Source: Promethearchaeota archaeon
Lineage (GTDB): Archaea > Asgardarchaeota > Lokiarchaeia > Sigyniarchaeales > SOKP01
Length of the DNA stretch: 64,000 nucleotides
Direction of reading: 5' to 3'
NCBI GenBank assembly: GCA_016839555.1
Contig: JAEOUA010000012.1
Location: 160,001 to 224,000, forward strand
Below, piece after piece: positions 10,490 to 20,487 of the stretch (position 1 is the stretch's first letter; the number at the start of each line of letters is the position of its first letter). The notes beneath the pieces were generated by a model. The model did not search any database and was not told where the DNA came from. It saw only the letters and a list, made by a program, of their open reading frames with translations. The position numbers and the translations under genes are program-made.

Positions 10490-11398
10490 TCAAAAATAAT
10501 GTTCTGGTAAATCTAAATCTTTTAAATATATCTTATATTTTCCCAATTTACCTCCATAATTACCTGCCGATATTTTTATAAGACCATCCATATCTATAAT
10601 TCCCTTAATTACTTTTTCCATAGTTTTTTTAATAATATTAGAATCTAAAGCATTGAAAATGATTTCAGGTATGGATTTTACTCCTTTCGGAACTTTATAT
10701 ATCTCTGGAGATAATCTATCTTTAAGAGTAGGACAAAAGGGATGATTGGTAGTTGGGCCAATTTCGGGAAAATTTGTCTCAGGCTTAGAACCTGCAGAAC
10801 AAACATCAAATGTAGTACATACGTTATTGATCTGCTCTATTATTCTCACTGCTTCTCTTCCAATTATAATGCCTGAATCTATAGAATCGGTAAAGAGCCA
10901 TAAATTTCCTCCCATCACTCCTTTAGCAAATGTAATATTACGTTCAATTAAAAAATCATATCCAAACATAATAGGAACGGAAATCATTTCCCTTTCATAT
11001 TTTTGAATTATTTCCTCATATCCGTCTCCGCAATGTCCCACATTATCCATTACATCGAATTTTATATTGATATTTTTTGGATATGCATTAAAAACGGCTG
11101 TAGTTGGAACGACCAGAATTCCTTGTCGCAACCTTCTCCCGAATTGTATATATAATTTGGATTGTGCTTTTTCATTTGTACCGGTTACCCATAGTTGTAC
11201 AATCGCTCCAACTCTGCCATCCATGGTTTCACTTTCATTTAACCACTTTACGAGTCCTCCTTCAGCATCCCCAAACACAGTTGAAGGTAATGCTGTAAAA
11301 GAATTCACCGCACGCTCTAAAAATTGTCTATCTTTTGCGGTTACTTGTATTTGTACCACTAAACCTTCAAAAGCCTCGCAGAAAGTATCTTCAATCAT
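10490..11398 (-). CDS. ftr: Formylmethanofuran--tetrahydromethanopterin N-formyltransferase
   Basis: IEDTFCEAF start, DGR-G, PTTAVFN, GGNLW, SAGSK, TTNHPFCPTL, SAGNYGGKLG; GGAGGTGA SD. Confidence 0.9.
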   Translation of the reverse strand: MIEDTFCEAFEGLVVQIQVTAKDRQFLERAVNSFTALPSTVFGDAEGGLVKWLNESETMDGRVGAIVQLWVTGTNEKAQSKLYIQFGRRLRQGILVVPTTAVFNAYPKNINIKFDVMDNVGHCGDGYEEIIQKYEREMISVPIMFGYDFLIERNITFAKGVMGGNLWLFTDSIDSGIIIGREAVRIIEQINNVCTTFDVCSAGSKPETNFPEIGPTTNHPFCPTLKDRLSPEIYKVPKGVKSIPEIIFNALDSNIIKKTMEKVIKGIIDMDGLIKISAGNYGGKLGKYKIYLKDLDLPEHYF

Positions 11399-11546
11399 CT
11401 AATCACCTCCTCATTCTCCTAACAATTTACTAAATAATTTAATGAACATAAATTATTTAATAATTATTTCTTAAATTTTAATATTAAATTTCATGTATAA
11501 ATTTAAAAAAGTAATTAATAAAATAAAAATAAATAATTAGAGATTC

Positions 11547-12458
11547 ATGCCTATTGGAATTTTTCTTTATGAAATTAATTCGTCATCTACCCCCAATATT
11601 ATAATTGATTATTATCTTGGAGAAGAAAAAGTATCCTCTTCAATATTAAAACAATTATATGAAAAACATAAGAAAGGCATTATAGATGCAACCATTCAAG
11701 AAGAAGAAATTATCTTTTATTCCAGCATGGTCGAGGAAAAAAAAGATTTATTTTTAGGATTTATTTTAAAAAAAAATGAGGACTTAATTTCTCTAAAAAG
11801 TATTTTCAAAGAGATCCAAGAAAAAATTACTGAAAATTATGAATCCCTTGATAAAACTAAAATGAAAGAGTTTTTAAAAGAAACCTTAGACTCTATATCA
11901 GATTTGATGGAAAAACTCAAAAATCCAGAAATGATAAAAGAACAATTGAATAAAAGAACAAAAGAATTACTCGATGAGAATAATCTCGAAGTGGCAAAAA
12001 AATTGATTGATCTTGGAGAAACAATACCAAATGAATTATCAAAATTGGTAGAAAAAGCAGAAGAATATTTCAAAGGGGAAAAATTTCGAAAAGCAAAAAA
12101 AAAATTGTTAAAGGCAGCAGAGCGTGCTGAATTGATTCAAGAAAATCGAATCGTTACTTTTTTAAGGAATAAAGCAAATAAGGTAGGAAGTTATCCTCAA
12201 CTTCTGGAAGAGCGAGAAGATCTTCAAAAGCAAATATTAAATCATTATGATAAATTGGAAGATATTCAAGATTTATTACATGAATATAGTGAGTTAATGC
12301 CTATTATAAAACGATTAATGGAAATAGCTAATATTTTTAGCCAAAGTGAAAGATATATACTTTTATCTAATTTGCTGAATGAGATTAAGCAAGCGGTAAG
12401 ATTAGCAAAAAAATTACAAGACATTAATAAAAAACTTTTGAAAGAGGATTTATTTTAA
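11547..12458 (+). CDS. Hypothetical protein: longin-like N-terminus plus helical/TPR-like repeats
   Basis: MPIGIFLYE beta-strand start; paralogous blocks shared with 15238; the fold call is an inference. Confidence 0.5.
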   Translation: MPIGIFLYEINSSSTPNIIIDYYLGEEKVSSSILKQLYEKHKKGIIDATIQEEEIIFYSSMVEEKKDLFLGFILKKNEDLISLKSIFKEIQEKITENYESLDKTKMKEFLKETLDSISDLMEKLKNPEMIKEQLNKRTKELLDENNLEVAKKLIDLGETIPNELSKLVEKAEEYFKGEKFRKAKKKLLKAAERAELIQENRIVTFLRNKANKVGSYPQLLEEREDLQKQILNHYDKLEDIQDLLHEYSELMPIIKRLMEIANIFSQSERYILLSNLLNEIKQAVRLAKKLQDINKKLLKEDLF

Positions 12459-12530
12459 ATAAGTAGATTTGAATAGCTTTTTTTAAGATTTCATTCCCTT
12501 TCTTCAAAATATTTATCACATTAAATAAAT

Positions 12531-14336
12531 TTATTCTTCCTCTTCTATTTGAGGTTCAGGTGGACTATATTCTCCGATATCTCCCCAAATTATTTTCACA
12601 ATTTCCCATGCCTCTTTTGAAGGAGTATTCAATGCACTTTCAATCAATTTCCTTCCGAGATCTTCATTAATCTCAATCTTATATAAATTTTCATTATTCT
12701 CTAAAATGCGCGAATATTTAACTCCTCCTGTTTTTTCGGGAACTATAACAATTCCCGCATCATAGATACCCGCTTCAATTCCATCATGGATTCGTTTAAC
12801 GGCATAATAGCCCGCTACACCTGCTGATCTGTTAAAGGTTTTTATTGAAGGGATCTCAATGCCCCATTTCTTTCCTTCGGTTTCCACAATCGCCGCAATG
12901 GTTTGATTCCTATCCTCTATTTTATATTTATATTCCAATTTTGTATTAAATTCTTTGCCATTCTGTTCCCCAATTTTCATTATACATTTCAAAGTTGCGC
13001 TCGCGATTGATGAAGGATTGACTTCAATTGTATATTCTTCTTCAGCCAAAATCGCATCAATTTCTTTCCTTATTTTTTCTCTCGGTGAAGAAAAATCGAT
13101 TTCCGCTTCAGGGATTTCTGGTGCTCTTGCAACTGCTTCTATATCTGGAGCCTCTTTAATTAATTCATCAACACTCATTTCTTCCAAAATTATTTTATCA
13201 ATAAATCGTTTGCATAATTTAATCGAATTTCGAGGGTTTCCTCCAGTTTTTTCATAAATAATATCCAAAATTTTTTCGTTTAACGGAAAGAGAGGATATA
13301 ATGGAGAATTGAGGTTATTTTTATCCCAGAAATCTTCCATTGTTTTAGAATAAAAGATCTTCAAATCATTTAAGCTAAAAGGTTTTAATTCTTGCGCAGG
13401 TTCCATTCTTGACCTTAATGGTGGATCCGCAATCTCTAAAATTCGTGGCCAAATTTCTTTTAATACCGCAATTACGATAACCAAACCTTTTACTTCATTA
13501 TATAACCTTTTAAGCACTTCAAGAAATTGTTTCTCTCCCTCTTCGCCGAACATACGATACGGTGATTCTATTTCATCAAAATAAAGAATAAGAACCCGAT
13601 CCAAATTTTCGGTAATTATTTTTATCATGGCAAGGCAAATGTCATCATCTTCCAGCACAGAATTAATTCCAAGCTTATCTAACTCTTGGGTATCTAGATC
13701 TTCTCCCAATAACCACCTTTCTGCAAGCGCTTTTTTATCTTTATCTAATTGATAAAGAACTAAAGCCTTTACACAATCGGCAAATACTCCGGGAAATTCT
13801 CTTAGTCCAGTCTGTATAACTTCATCAACTTTAGGTCTCTGAAAAAAAGCGGTTTTTTTACCCCCCCATTTTTTTATTAATCTTTCAGATACAATTTCTA
13901 GCATTTCTGGTCCAATTTCTTCTATTATACATGTATATACATGAAGAATTACTCGAACACTTCCTGGTGGACTAGGAACGTACACAATTGACCAATTTAC
14001 AGGTTCTAATTGACTAGATTCAACCTCTTCTCCTTGCTCTATTTTTTTTAATTTCTTACGGTTTTCTAACTCTTTATCTTTAAAACTATGATATGCGTGA
14101 GTCTTTCCACTGCCTGCAGATCCCAAAATAGGCAAGAACCTTGAACCTCTATCTCGATATGTCTGCCTCACAAGTCTGAACACTTCTCTATCGATATAAC
14201 TTCTCGGGCGTGCAACGTCAACAGGATCTCGAATGTCCCCTCTAGACACATAATTGCTAAAGGGCATCATAGGGCTTTCCCTAAGTACATCCAAATAGAG
14301 TTGTTTTTCATCCTCGTCTAACTCTAAATCTGCCAT
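12531..14336 (-). CDS. P-loop AAA+-type ATPase of unknown function
   Basis: Walker A GSAGSGKT, Walker B LILYFDEIE, LRSR (possible Arg finger), TGGNPR. Confidence 0.8.
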   Translation of the reverse strand: MADLELDEDEKQLYLDVLRESPMMPFSNYVSRGDIRDPVDVARPRSYIDREVFRLVRQTYRDRGSRFLPILGSAGSGKTHAYHSFKDKELENRKKLKKIEQGEEVESSQLEPVNWSIVYVPSPPGSVRVILHVYTCIIEEIGPEMLEIVSERLIKKWGGKKTAFFQRPKVDEVIQTGLREFPGVFADCVKALVLYQLDKDKKALAERWLLGEDLDTQELDKLGINSVLEDDDICLAMIKIITENLDRVLILYFDEIESPYRMFGEEGEKQFLEVLKRLYNEVKGLVIVIAVLKEIWPRILEIADPPLRSRMEPAQELKPFSLNDLKIFYSKTMEDFWDKNNLNSPLYPLFPLNEKILDIIYEKTGGNPRNSIKLCKRFIDKIILEEMSVDELIKEAPDIEAVARAPEIPEAEIDFSSPREKIRKEIDAILAEEEYTIEVNPSSIASATLKCIMKIGEQNGKEFNTKLEYKYKIEDRNQTIAAIVETEGKKWGIEIPSIKTFNRSAGVAGYYAVKRIHDGIEAGIYDAGIVIVPEKTGGVKYSRILENNENLYKIEINEDLGRKLIESALNTPSKEAWEIVKIIWGDIGEYSPPEPQIEEEE

Positions 14337-14484
14337 TTTTCTACGCTATCATTAATTTATTGGAATAAATTTATTTTTTTTTAATTGTTTTATTTATTGG
14401 AATAAAACCTATTAGAAATGGGTTCTTTATTTATTTAATGAAATTAAATTTAATTAATTTAATTAATTTTAAAGTGATCCTATT

Positions 14485-15141
14485 ATGAAAGATAAAGATG
14501 AGAAAGAAGATAAAGAAGAGCCGAACGATGATGAAGATGATGAATTTCAAGAACCTTTTAATTTCTTTAATTTTCTTCAAAATCCCGAGAAATTATTCAA
14601 ATCGAAACAATTTAAGAATATGTTTCAGAAAGTATTTAAAAATGTTATGGAAAACATAGATAAACTACCTTCAGATCTTAAAGATCTCTCTTCAGAAGAT
14701 TTTCAAAAAGAATTAATGAAAAATATGGAAAAGCTTGGTATAAAAGGACCCTTCATGGCGGGATTTAATGTAAATTTTGACTCAGAAGGAAGACCGATCA
14801 TTAATTCATTCGGTAATATTAAGCAAAAACCCGATGGAAAAACAGAGGTTGATAAAACCAGAGAACCCTTAGTAGAGCTGAATGAGGAAGAAGATCAAAT
14901 TATAGTGATTGCAGAGATGCCGGGAGTAAGGAAAGAAGATATCGCATTAAAAGCAACCAGTCATTCTTTAACAATTTCAACCGAAGAAAAATCGTCTTTA
15001 GGTCACCACTATTATAAAGAAATAGAATTGCCCTCAGCTATCAATTCTGATTATGCGAAGGCCCGATATGCCAATGGAATTCTTGAAGTTAAATTGAAAA
15101 AAGAAAAAGCAGAAGAACAAAAAGATATAAAAATAGATTAA
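14485..15141 (+). CDS. hsp20: Small heat shock protein (archaeal Hsp20)
   Basis: FGN, REPLVE, VIAEMPGV, YYKEIELP, ARYANGILEV, C-terminal IKID (IxI). Confidence 0.92.
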   Translation: MKDKDEKEDKEEPNDDEDDEFQEPFNFFNFLQNPEKLFKSKQFKNMFQKVFKNVMENIDKLPSDLKDLSSEDFQKELMKNMEKLGIKGPFMAGFNVNFDSEGRPIINSFGNIKQKPDGKTEVDKTREPLVELNEEEDQIIVIAEMPGVRKEDIALKATSHSLTISTEEKSSLGHHYYKEIELPSAINSDYAKARYANGILEVKLKKEKAEEQKDIKID

Positions 15142-15237
15142 TTTGATTTTTGATTCATAATTTTAATATATTAAAAAAAAGTTTGTAAGAATTAAAAGCG
15201 AAAATTAATTAATTAATAAGTATAAGTGATAATTTAA

Positions 15238-16131
15238 ATGCTAAAAGGTGGCTTTTGCATTCTCCTGCCTCTGCATTCTGATTACCAAATTCTTGGTCAA
15301 TATATTGAGGGCGGTGGTGAATTTCAAATTACAAGTAATATATTTCTACGCCTCAAGCTGGGGCTTGATCGTGATGAATTTAATTTCTTAAAAACAAATA
15401 CTTATGATATTTTTTCGTATTTTCATGAATTCACAGGCAAAAAAAAATTAAAGGCTTCTGGGCTTATTCTGGGATTATATTTAGAAGCTGAAGAAGATCC
15501 TGAAAAATTTAGATCCTCTCTAAAAGATGCTGCAAAAAGTCTGGAACAGTTAGACTTAATGAATATGGAACAAAAAGAGTTTGAGAGAGACTTAAAAAAG
15601 ACGATCCAAAATGTTGTTGAGCCCTTATCAGATATTCTCAATCCAGAAATTATGAAAAAAAAAATCATTGATAGAACAAAAGCCTTATTATCAGGAGGAA
15701 AAACTCAAAGAAGTTTAGCTCATGAATTATTGGAAAAAATTGAAGATAAAGAACATGTAAAAATCTCTAAATACTGCGAAGCAGCAGAAAAAGAGATTGA
15801 AAAGAAAAATTATAAAAAAGCAGCAAAAAAATTTCAAAAGGCAAAACAATTATCTGAAGAATTATGTGGAAAAGACTCTCGAATAACTAAAGAATTGCAA
15901 GAGAGAGTAGCGATCTCAGAGAATATACCGGAAATAATTAAGGAACGTGATGAAACTGCATCTGAAGCTAGAGAAGCCCTAAAAAATGAAAAATTTCACG
16001 AGGCATATTTATTATATCATAAAGCAAGCAAATTATCAAAAGATTTGGCTCAATTTGATAAAGAAGAGGAATATCGCATGAAATCTAAAGCTCTGAATGA
16101 ATTTGCTAAAGTCGATGAGAAATTTAAATAA
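15238..16131 (+). CDS. Hypothetical protein, paralog of 11547 (longin-like plus TPR-like helices)
   Basis: NPEIMKKKIIDRTKALL versus NPEMIKEQLNKRTKELL; AxxxFxKA helical repeats. Confidence 0.5.
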   Translation: MLKGGFCILLPLHSDYQILGQYIEGGGEFQITSNIFLRLKLGLDRDEFNFLKTNTYDIFSYFHEFTGKKKLKASGLILGLYLEAEEDPEKFRSSLKDAAKSLEQLDLMNMEQKEFERDLKKTIQNVVEPLSDILNPEIMKKKIIDRTKALLSGGKTQRSLAHELLEKIEDKEHVKISKYCEAAEKEIEKKNYKKAAKKFQKAKQLSEELCGKDSRITKELQERVAISENIPEIIKERDETASEAREALKNEKFHEAYLLYHKASKLSKDLAQFDKEEEYRMKSKALNEFAKVDEKFK

Positions 16132-16255
16132 AGATAAACTATTTCTTCCAGAGTTAATATCGCTTCTTTTTATAATATTTTTTAAAAGATTTATTGGTAA
16201 GAATAAGATTTATTAATTAGTTTAATGAATATTTTCTATATAGGTCTTTTAAGAG

Positions 16256-17266
16256 ATGATTAAAATGTCAAATAAAAATTCTGAAAAACAAATTCCCCGG
16301 AATTTTTTACTGATTCAAATAGTTCTTATTATTCTTGGGATCATTGGATTCATTTTCTCAATATGGATTGATGTAATATATATAGAAATTGATTTGATAC
16401 AGATTATCTTTAACATAATTACTTATCTTGGCGATACCTTAGTTTTTATCGTTATTATTGCTGTAATATATATTGTATATGATAAACGATTTGCGAAGAA
16501 TCTTACATTGGCATTATTAACAACAGTTTACATTAATAGCTTTTTAAAGGATATTTTCCAAGACCCAAGACCTGTTCAAAATGAATTAAGAGAAATTGGC
16601 TATGGTTTCCCTTCTGGTCATTCGCAGAGTGCGGCGACCTTTTGGGGATATATCGGTTATGAATTCAAGGATACCTTAAAAGATAATATTGTACCAATAA
16701 TATTCTCTGCTCTTATCCTTATTGTAGCATTATCAAGAATTATTATTGCCGTTCACGATTTACAAGATATAAGTGGTGGGATCATTTTAGGCGTCCTTGT
16801 ATTATTAGCATTCATTTATTTAGAACCAATAGTAGCTGAGAAACTCAATTCTTATAAGTTCGTCATCAGAATTGTTATAGGTATAATCGTATCATTCGCT
16901 CTCTTTCTCTTTGGAACATTATTATTTCCAACATCAGGGGAACAATTATTAGGAGATAAAGCGGTACCCTTCTCTGATACAGGATCATATGCACTGGTTG
17001 GTGGCGTTATATTAGGTTTAACTATTGGATATGAATTAGAAAATCAATATGTGCATTATGAACCCTCTAGAATTCAGTTAAAATATAGGATCCTTAACCT
17101 TGTAATCGGCCTCGTTATTGTCTTTATATTATATTTCGGATTGGAATTTCTCAAGGATATATTTAATACTGTAATTTATAGATTTATCCGTTATGCCCTA
17201 ATAGCTTTTATCCTTGTTTTCGTTACACCTTGGATTTTTACAAAAATTAATCCTAAAAAGGAATAA
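16256..17266 (+). CDS. PAP2-family membrane phosphatase
   Basis: KDIFQDPRP, FPSGH and SRIIIAVH catalytic motifs; multiple transmembrane helices. Confidence 0.9.
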   Translation: MIKMSNKNSEKQIPRNFLLIQIVLIILGIIGFIFSIWIDVIYIEIDLIQIIFNIITYLGDTLVFIVIIAVIYIVYDKRFAKNLTLALLTTVYINSFLKDIFQDPRPVQNELREIGYGFPSGHSQSAATFWGYIGYEFKDTLKDNIVPIIFSALILIVALSRIIIAVHDLQDISGGIILGVLVLLAFIYLEPIVAEKLNSYKFVIRIVIGIIVSFALFLFGTLLFPTSGEQLLGDKAVPFSDTGSYALVGGVILGLTIGYELENQYVHYEPSRIQLKYRILNLVIGLVIVFILYFGLEFLKDIFNTVIYRFIRYALIAFILVFVTPWIFTKINPKKE

Positions 17267-17401
17267 AGTTTCCAAGATTTTCCCTTTTTATTTTTTTTAA
17301 TATTTATTTTCTCTTGTTTTTTATTTTTTACCAAAATAAAGTTAAAAACAAAATCTCTATATGAAATAAATATTCGCGAAATAAATTATTTTTGAAAAGG
17401 G

Positions 17402-17584
17402 TTAATATTCCACGATGTGCGTCTCAGCATAAAATGCTAAAGAATGAGAATAGTCGATTTCTTTTAATAAAATCTTTTTAATAGTTCTTTTCTCTTCTTG
17501 AGAGATTTCTTCTGGAGGAGTAATGTCATAATCTAAATAAATTTCTTCTCGATCAGGGTGGGGTAAAACGCGCTCTAGCAACAT
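17402..17584 (-). CDS. Small hypothetical protein
   Basis: 60-aa ATG ORF with protein-like composition filling an intergenic gap, co-oriented with its upstream neighbour. Confidence 0.45.
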   Translation of the reverse strand: MLLERVLPHPDREEIYLDYDITPPEEISQEEKRTIKKILLKEIDYSHSLAFYAETHIVEY

Positions 17585-17674
17585 TGTCTTTTCCTCTTAC
17601 GAAAGATATTATATAATACTATTAAAGGTTTTTCCTTTTTTTCAATTTATTAAGAGGAAAAAGCATCTCTTACA

Positions 17675-18130
17675 TTAAAATAATTCTAATAATGCGTTAA
17701 TATGTTTATTATCTTGAGAATCCTTTACATATTCTAGAATTCTCTTTGCCAATTCTTTTTTCTTTTTAAAATAAAGTTTCATTATTTCTTGTAGTTCTAA
17801 ATTGGGATATCTTCTCTTTAATGAAAGATCACGCCTTTCACACCCTCCACTTCTCATACAACAATAAGCCATTGATCCAAAACAGACTTTATCAGAATCC
17901 CATCTATTTTCTTTAGAAAATTCTTCTTTTATTTTTATGAAATCCTCTTGAGAGAGTCCTAATTCTGCTAATGTTTGGTCTCTTTTACATTTAAACCCGA
18001 ATGTCAGACTATAACCCGGTTTACAGCAAAATGTTAATGCTCTATAATCTCCCCCCATACAGATGGGAACGGGTGCATTTTTCTCCCAGCCGGGTAAATC
18101 TCGAAGTTTATCCTCTTTTAAGTTAAGTAT
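17675..18130 (-). CDS. Cys-rich protein resembling the methanogenesis marker 9 domain; N-terminus extends upstream of the listed ATG
   Basis: Frame is open upstream of 18058 giving WEKNAPVPICMGGDYRALTFCC; also CFGSMAYCC and CERRD. An in-frame TAA just before ATC-ATA (ATA at 18130) bounds it. Confidence 0.65.
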   Translation of the reverse strand: MLNLKEDKLRDLPGWEKNAPVPICMGGDYRALTFCCKPGYSLTFGFKCKRDQTLAELGLSQEDFIKIKEEFSKENRWDSDKVCFGSMAYCCMRSGGCERRDLSLKRRYPNLELQEIMKLYFKKKKELAKRILEYVKDSQDNKHINALLELF

Positions 18131-18193
18131 GATTTATTTTATAATTTTCTTTCTTTGTAAGAAACGAATGAAAAATATTTTAAAATAAAGGAG

Positions 18194-18328
18194 GGCCCGG
18201 AGCGGGAATCTCGGATAAAGGGAAATCCTTAGATCTATCGAACCCGCGCCTAAGAATCACTGCCTATAAGGATTGAAAAACCCATACAGATCACAGTCCC
18301 CAATACTAACCACTATACTATCCGGGCC
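18194..18328 (-). tRNA. tRNA-His(GTG) with two introns (18258-18290, 33 nt, at 37/38; 18208-18236, 29 nt, at 59/60)
   Basis: Acceptor stem GCCCGGA/TCCGGGC with encoded G-1 and C73; D-loop AGTGGTTA; GTG anticodon at 18294-18292; T-stem GCGGG/CCCGC; both inserts fold as BHB; CCA not encoded. Confidence 0.9.
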
Positions 18329-18463
18329 ATACCTACTTTTATATTAATGAATAATTTATAACATAAAATTTTAATGAATTGGTTTAAAAAATTATTAAAA
18401 TTGAGCTAGATTACCATCAATAGTAATAATTAATTAAAAATAATAAAAAATAGTGACAGATCA

Positions 18464-19510
18464 ATGAGAATAATCGATCTAAGATCTGATACTTTTACAA
18501 AACCAAATGATAAAATGTGGAAACAGTTAAGGTCTTTAGATAATTCAAATATTGGAGATGATGTCTTTGGGGAAGATCCCACAGTTAATGCATTGGAAGA
18601 GAAAGCAGCGAAGGTAATAGGTAAAGAAGCCGCATTATATGTTACTTCTGGCACTCAAGGTAATCTTGTTTCTCTATTATCGCATACTAATCGAGGTGAT
18701 ACAATTTTGGTTGAAGAATTAAGTCATATCTATCAAAATGAGTTAAGTGGTGCGACTCAAATTGCGGGATTAGAAGTTAAAACATATTCATCTAATAAGG
18801 GAGTTCCTAATTTCGAGGAACTTTCAGATTTAATCGAAAATGATAAAAAAAGGGATTCCTCTATAAAAGTTATTTGTTCAGAAAACACACATAATTATCA
18901 TGGAGGAGCAATTATAAGACCTAATGTCCTAAAAGATCTTCATAAATTTGTCGAAAAATATGAATTGAAATTACATTTAGATGGAGCAAGAATATTTAAC
19001 GCGGCTGTCGGTCTTAATATCCCAGTAACTAAATTTTCAAAAGAAGTTGATAGTGTTATGTTTTGCTTATCAAAAGGACTTTCTTGTCCTGTTGGATCCT
19101 TAGTAGCAGGCTCAAAAAATTTTATTTCTAAAGCGAGGAAATACAGAAAAATGGTTGGAGGGGGAATGAGGCAAGCAGGAATCATTGCGTCATTTGGTTT
19201 GGTTGCGTTGGAGATAAATTGGATACAGAGATTAGAAGAGGATCATAAAAATGCAAAATTATTGGCTAAAGGACTTAAAAATTTAAATCTTCCTATAGAA
19301 GTGAATAACCCAGAAACAAATATTGTGATAATTTCTATACCAAAAGAAATCAGAATTGGAAAAATAGTAAGAAAGCTAAGTGATGCAGGAATCTTAGCTT
19401 TCAATATTGATAAACAAAGAATTAGATTTGTTACTCATTTTGGGATATATAAAGACGATATTGAATATGCTTTAGAAAAAATGGAAATGCTCTTACCAGA
19501 TCTCTTTTAA
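18464..19510 (+). CDS. ltaE: Low-specificity L-threonine aldolase
   Basis: IDLRSDT, GDDVFGEDPTV, SGTQGN, ENTHN, HLDGARIFNA, CLSKGL, GGGMRQAG. Confidence 0.93.
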   Translation: MRIIDLRSDTFTKPNDKMWKQLRSLDNSNIGDDVFGEDPTVNALEEKAAKVIGKEAALYVTSGTQGNLVSLLSHTNRGDTILVEELSHIYQNELSGATQIAGLEVKTYSSNKGVPNFEELSDLIENDKKRDSSIKVICSENTHNYHGGAIIRPNVLKDLHKFVEKYELKLHLDGARIFNAAVGLNIPVTKFSKEVDSVMFCLSKGLSCPVGSLVAGSKNFISKARKYRKMVGGGMRQAGIIASFGLVALEINWIQRLEEDHKNAKLLAKGLKNLNLPIEVNNPETNIVIISIPKEIRIGKIVRKLSDAGILAFNIDKQRIRFVTHFGIYKDDIEYALEKMEMLLPDLF

Positions 19511-19563
19511 TTCTCTTCTTATCAAAATTCCGTGATTCTTATCATTAGATTAAATTTATATTC

Positions 19564-19839
19564 TTAAATTATCTCCATATTTTCTAATACAAATTGTTTT
19601 CCATAAGCTCCTTGGCTAATAGCACCATTATTATCGATTTGAGGATCTTGAATCAACTTTATTTTTTTTAAATGTCCCTTTATAGTTATTTCCGTATCTA
19701 ATAACTTATCTGACCATTCTAACAAACCCTTGATATATATAACCTTATTATCTTCAGTTATTAATACAGCCCAGCCTTTAGCATTTTTAGCCATTCCTTT
19801 TAAAACAACATGCTGACCCAATAAATTATTTAAATCCAT
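19564..19839 (-). CDS. Small hypothetical protein (possible OB-fold)
   Basis: 91-aa ATG ORF, beta-rich, downstream of and co-oriented with phnN. Confidence 0.55.
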   Translation of the reverse strand: MDLNNLLGQHVVLKGMAKNAKGWAVLITEDNKVIYIKGLLEWSDKLLDTEITIKGHLKKIKLIQDPQIDNNGAISQGAYGKQFVLENMEII

Positions 19840-19917
19840 TAATTATTTCACTTTATTAGTTTTTTATTTTCTTAATTTTCACCAAAATATTAGAAAAACC
19901 TTTGTCTAAAATGTTTA

Positions 19918-20487
19918 TTAGCTATTTGATTTCACGGTTTTGATTATATAATCCAAACATTTTGAAATTGCCTCATCTAAATTACCTGAGTTATTAATTT
20001 GAATATCTGCTTCAGGAAATTTTTGATGGGTTTTGGCTCTGTTAATTCTTTCCTCCAAATGTTTACCTTTTTCTCTTCCCCTCTCTCTTAATCGTTTTAT
20101 TGTTATCTCAATGGGAACCGAAATAAAAATGACTTTTAGATTTTTATATTTTTTTCTTGCATCCTTTACAATTGTTCTGCTTACATTGATTAGCACTGGA
20201 TGTCCTTTTTTTAAGAAAATATCAATATTAATGGGAATACCGTAGTCTAATCCATAAATATGCCATTTTAATGCAAATTTTCCCTTCCTTTCTAACTTTT
20301 TAAACTCTTCGGGACTCACAGATATGCTATTTTCAGTATCAGAGGCTTCTCTTGTAATATATCTATGAGGACTATCTATCTCTTTTAAATTTTGCGGGTA
20401 ATTGGCTATAACACCAGTAATAATTGAATCTTTTCCAGCTCCTGAATTTCCTATAATCAGAAAGAGTGTTCCGGGATAATTTTTTAT
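19918..20487 (-). CDS. phnN: Ribose 1,5-bisphosphokinase (PhnN, guanylate-kinase-like); apparent ATA start
   Basis: Frame is open upstream of the listed start and contains P-loop GNSGAGKDS and RYITR; WHIYGLDYGIP, NVSR and RLRERGRE follow. An in-frame TGA-TAA precedes AAA-ATA (ATA at 20487). Confidence 0.85.
   Translation of the reverse strand: MKNYPGTLFLIIGNSGAGKDSIITGVIANYPQNLKEIDSPHRYITREASDTENSISVSPEEFKKLERKGKFALKWHIYGLDYGIPINIDIFLKKGHPVLINVSRTIVKDARKKYKNLKVIFISVPIEITIKRLRERGREKGKHLEERINRAKTHQKFPEADIQINNSGNLDEAISKCLDYIIKTVKSNS

Noticed and set aside
10490-18130. Methanogen assignment based on ftr, hdrA and the marker-9-like gene
   Set aside because: No mcr or mtr genes are in the window; these genes also occur in non-methanogens with the H4MPT Wood-Ljungdahl branch, and the eukaryotic-signature genes point to Asgard archaea.
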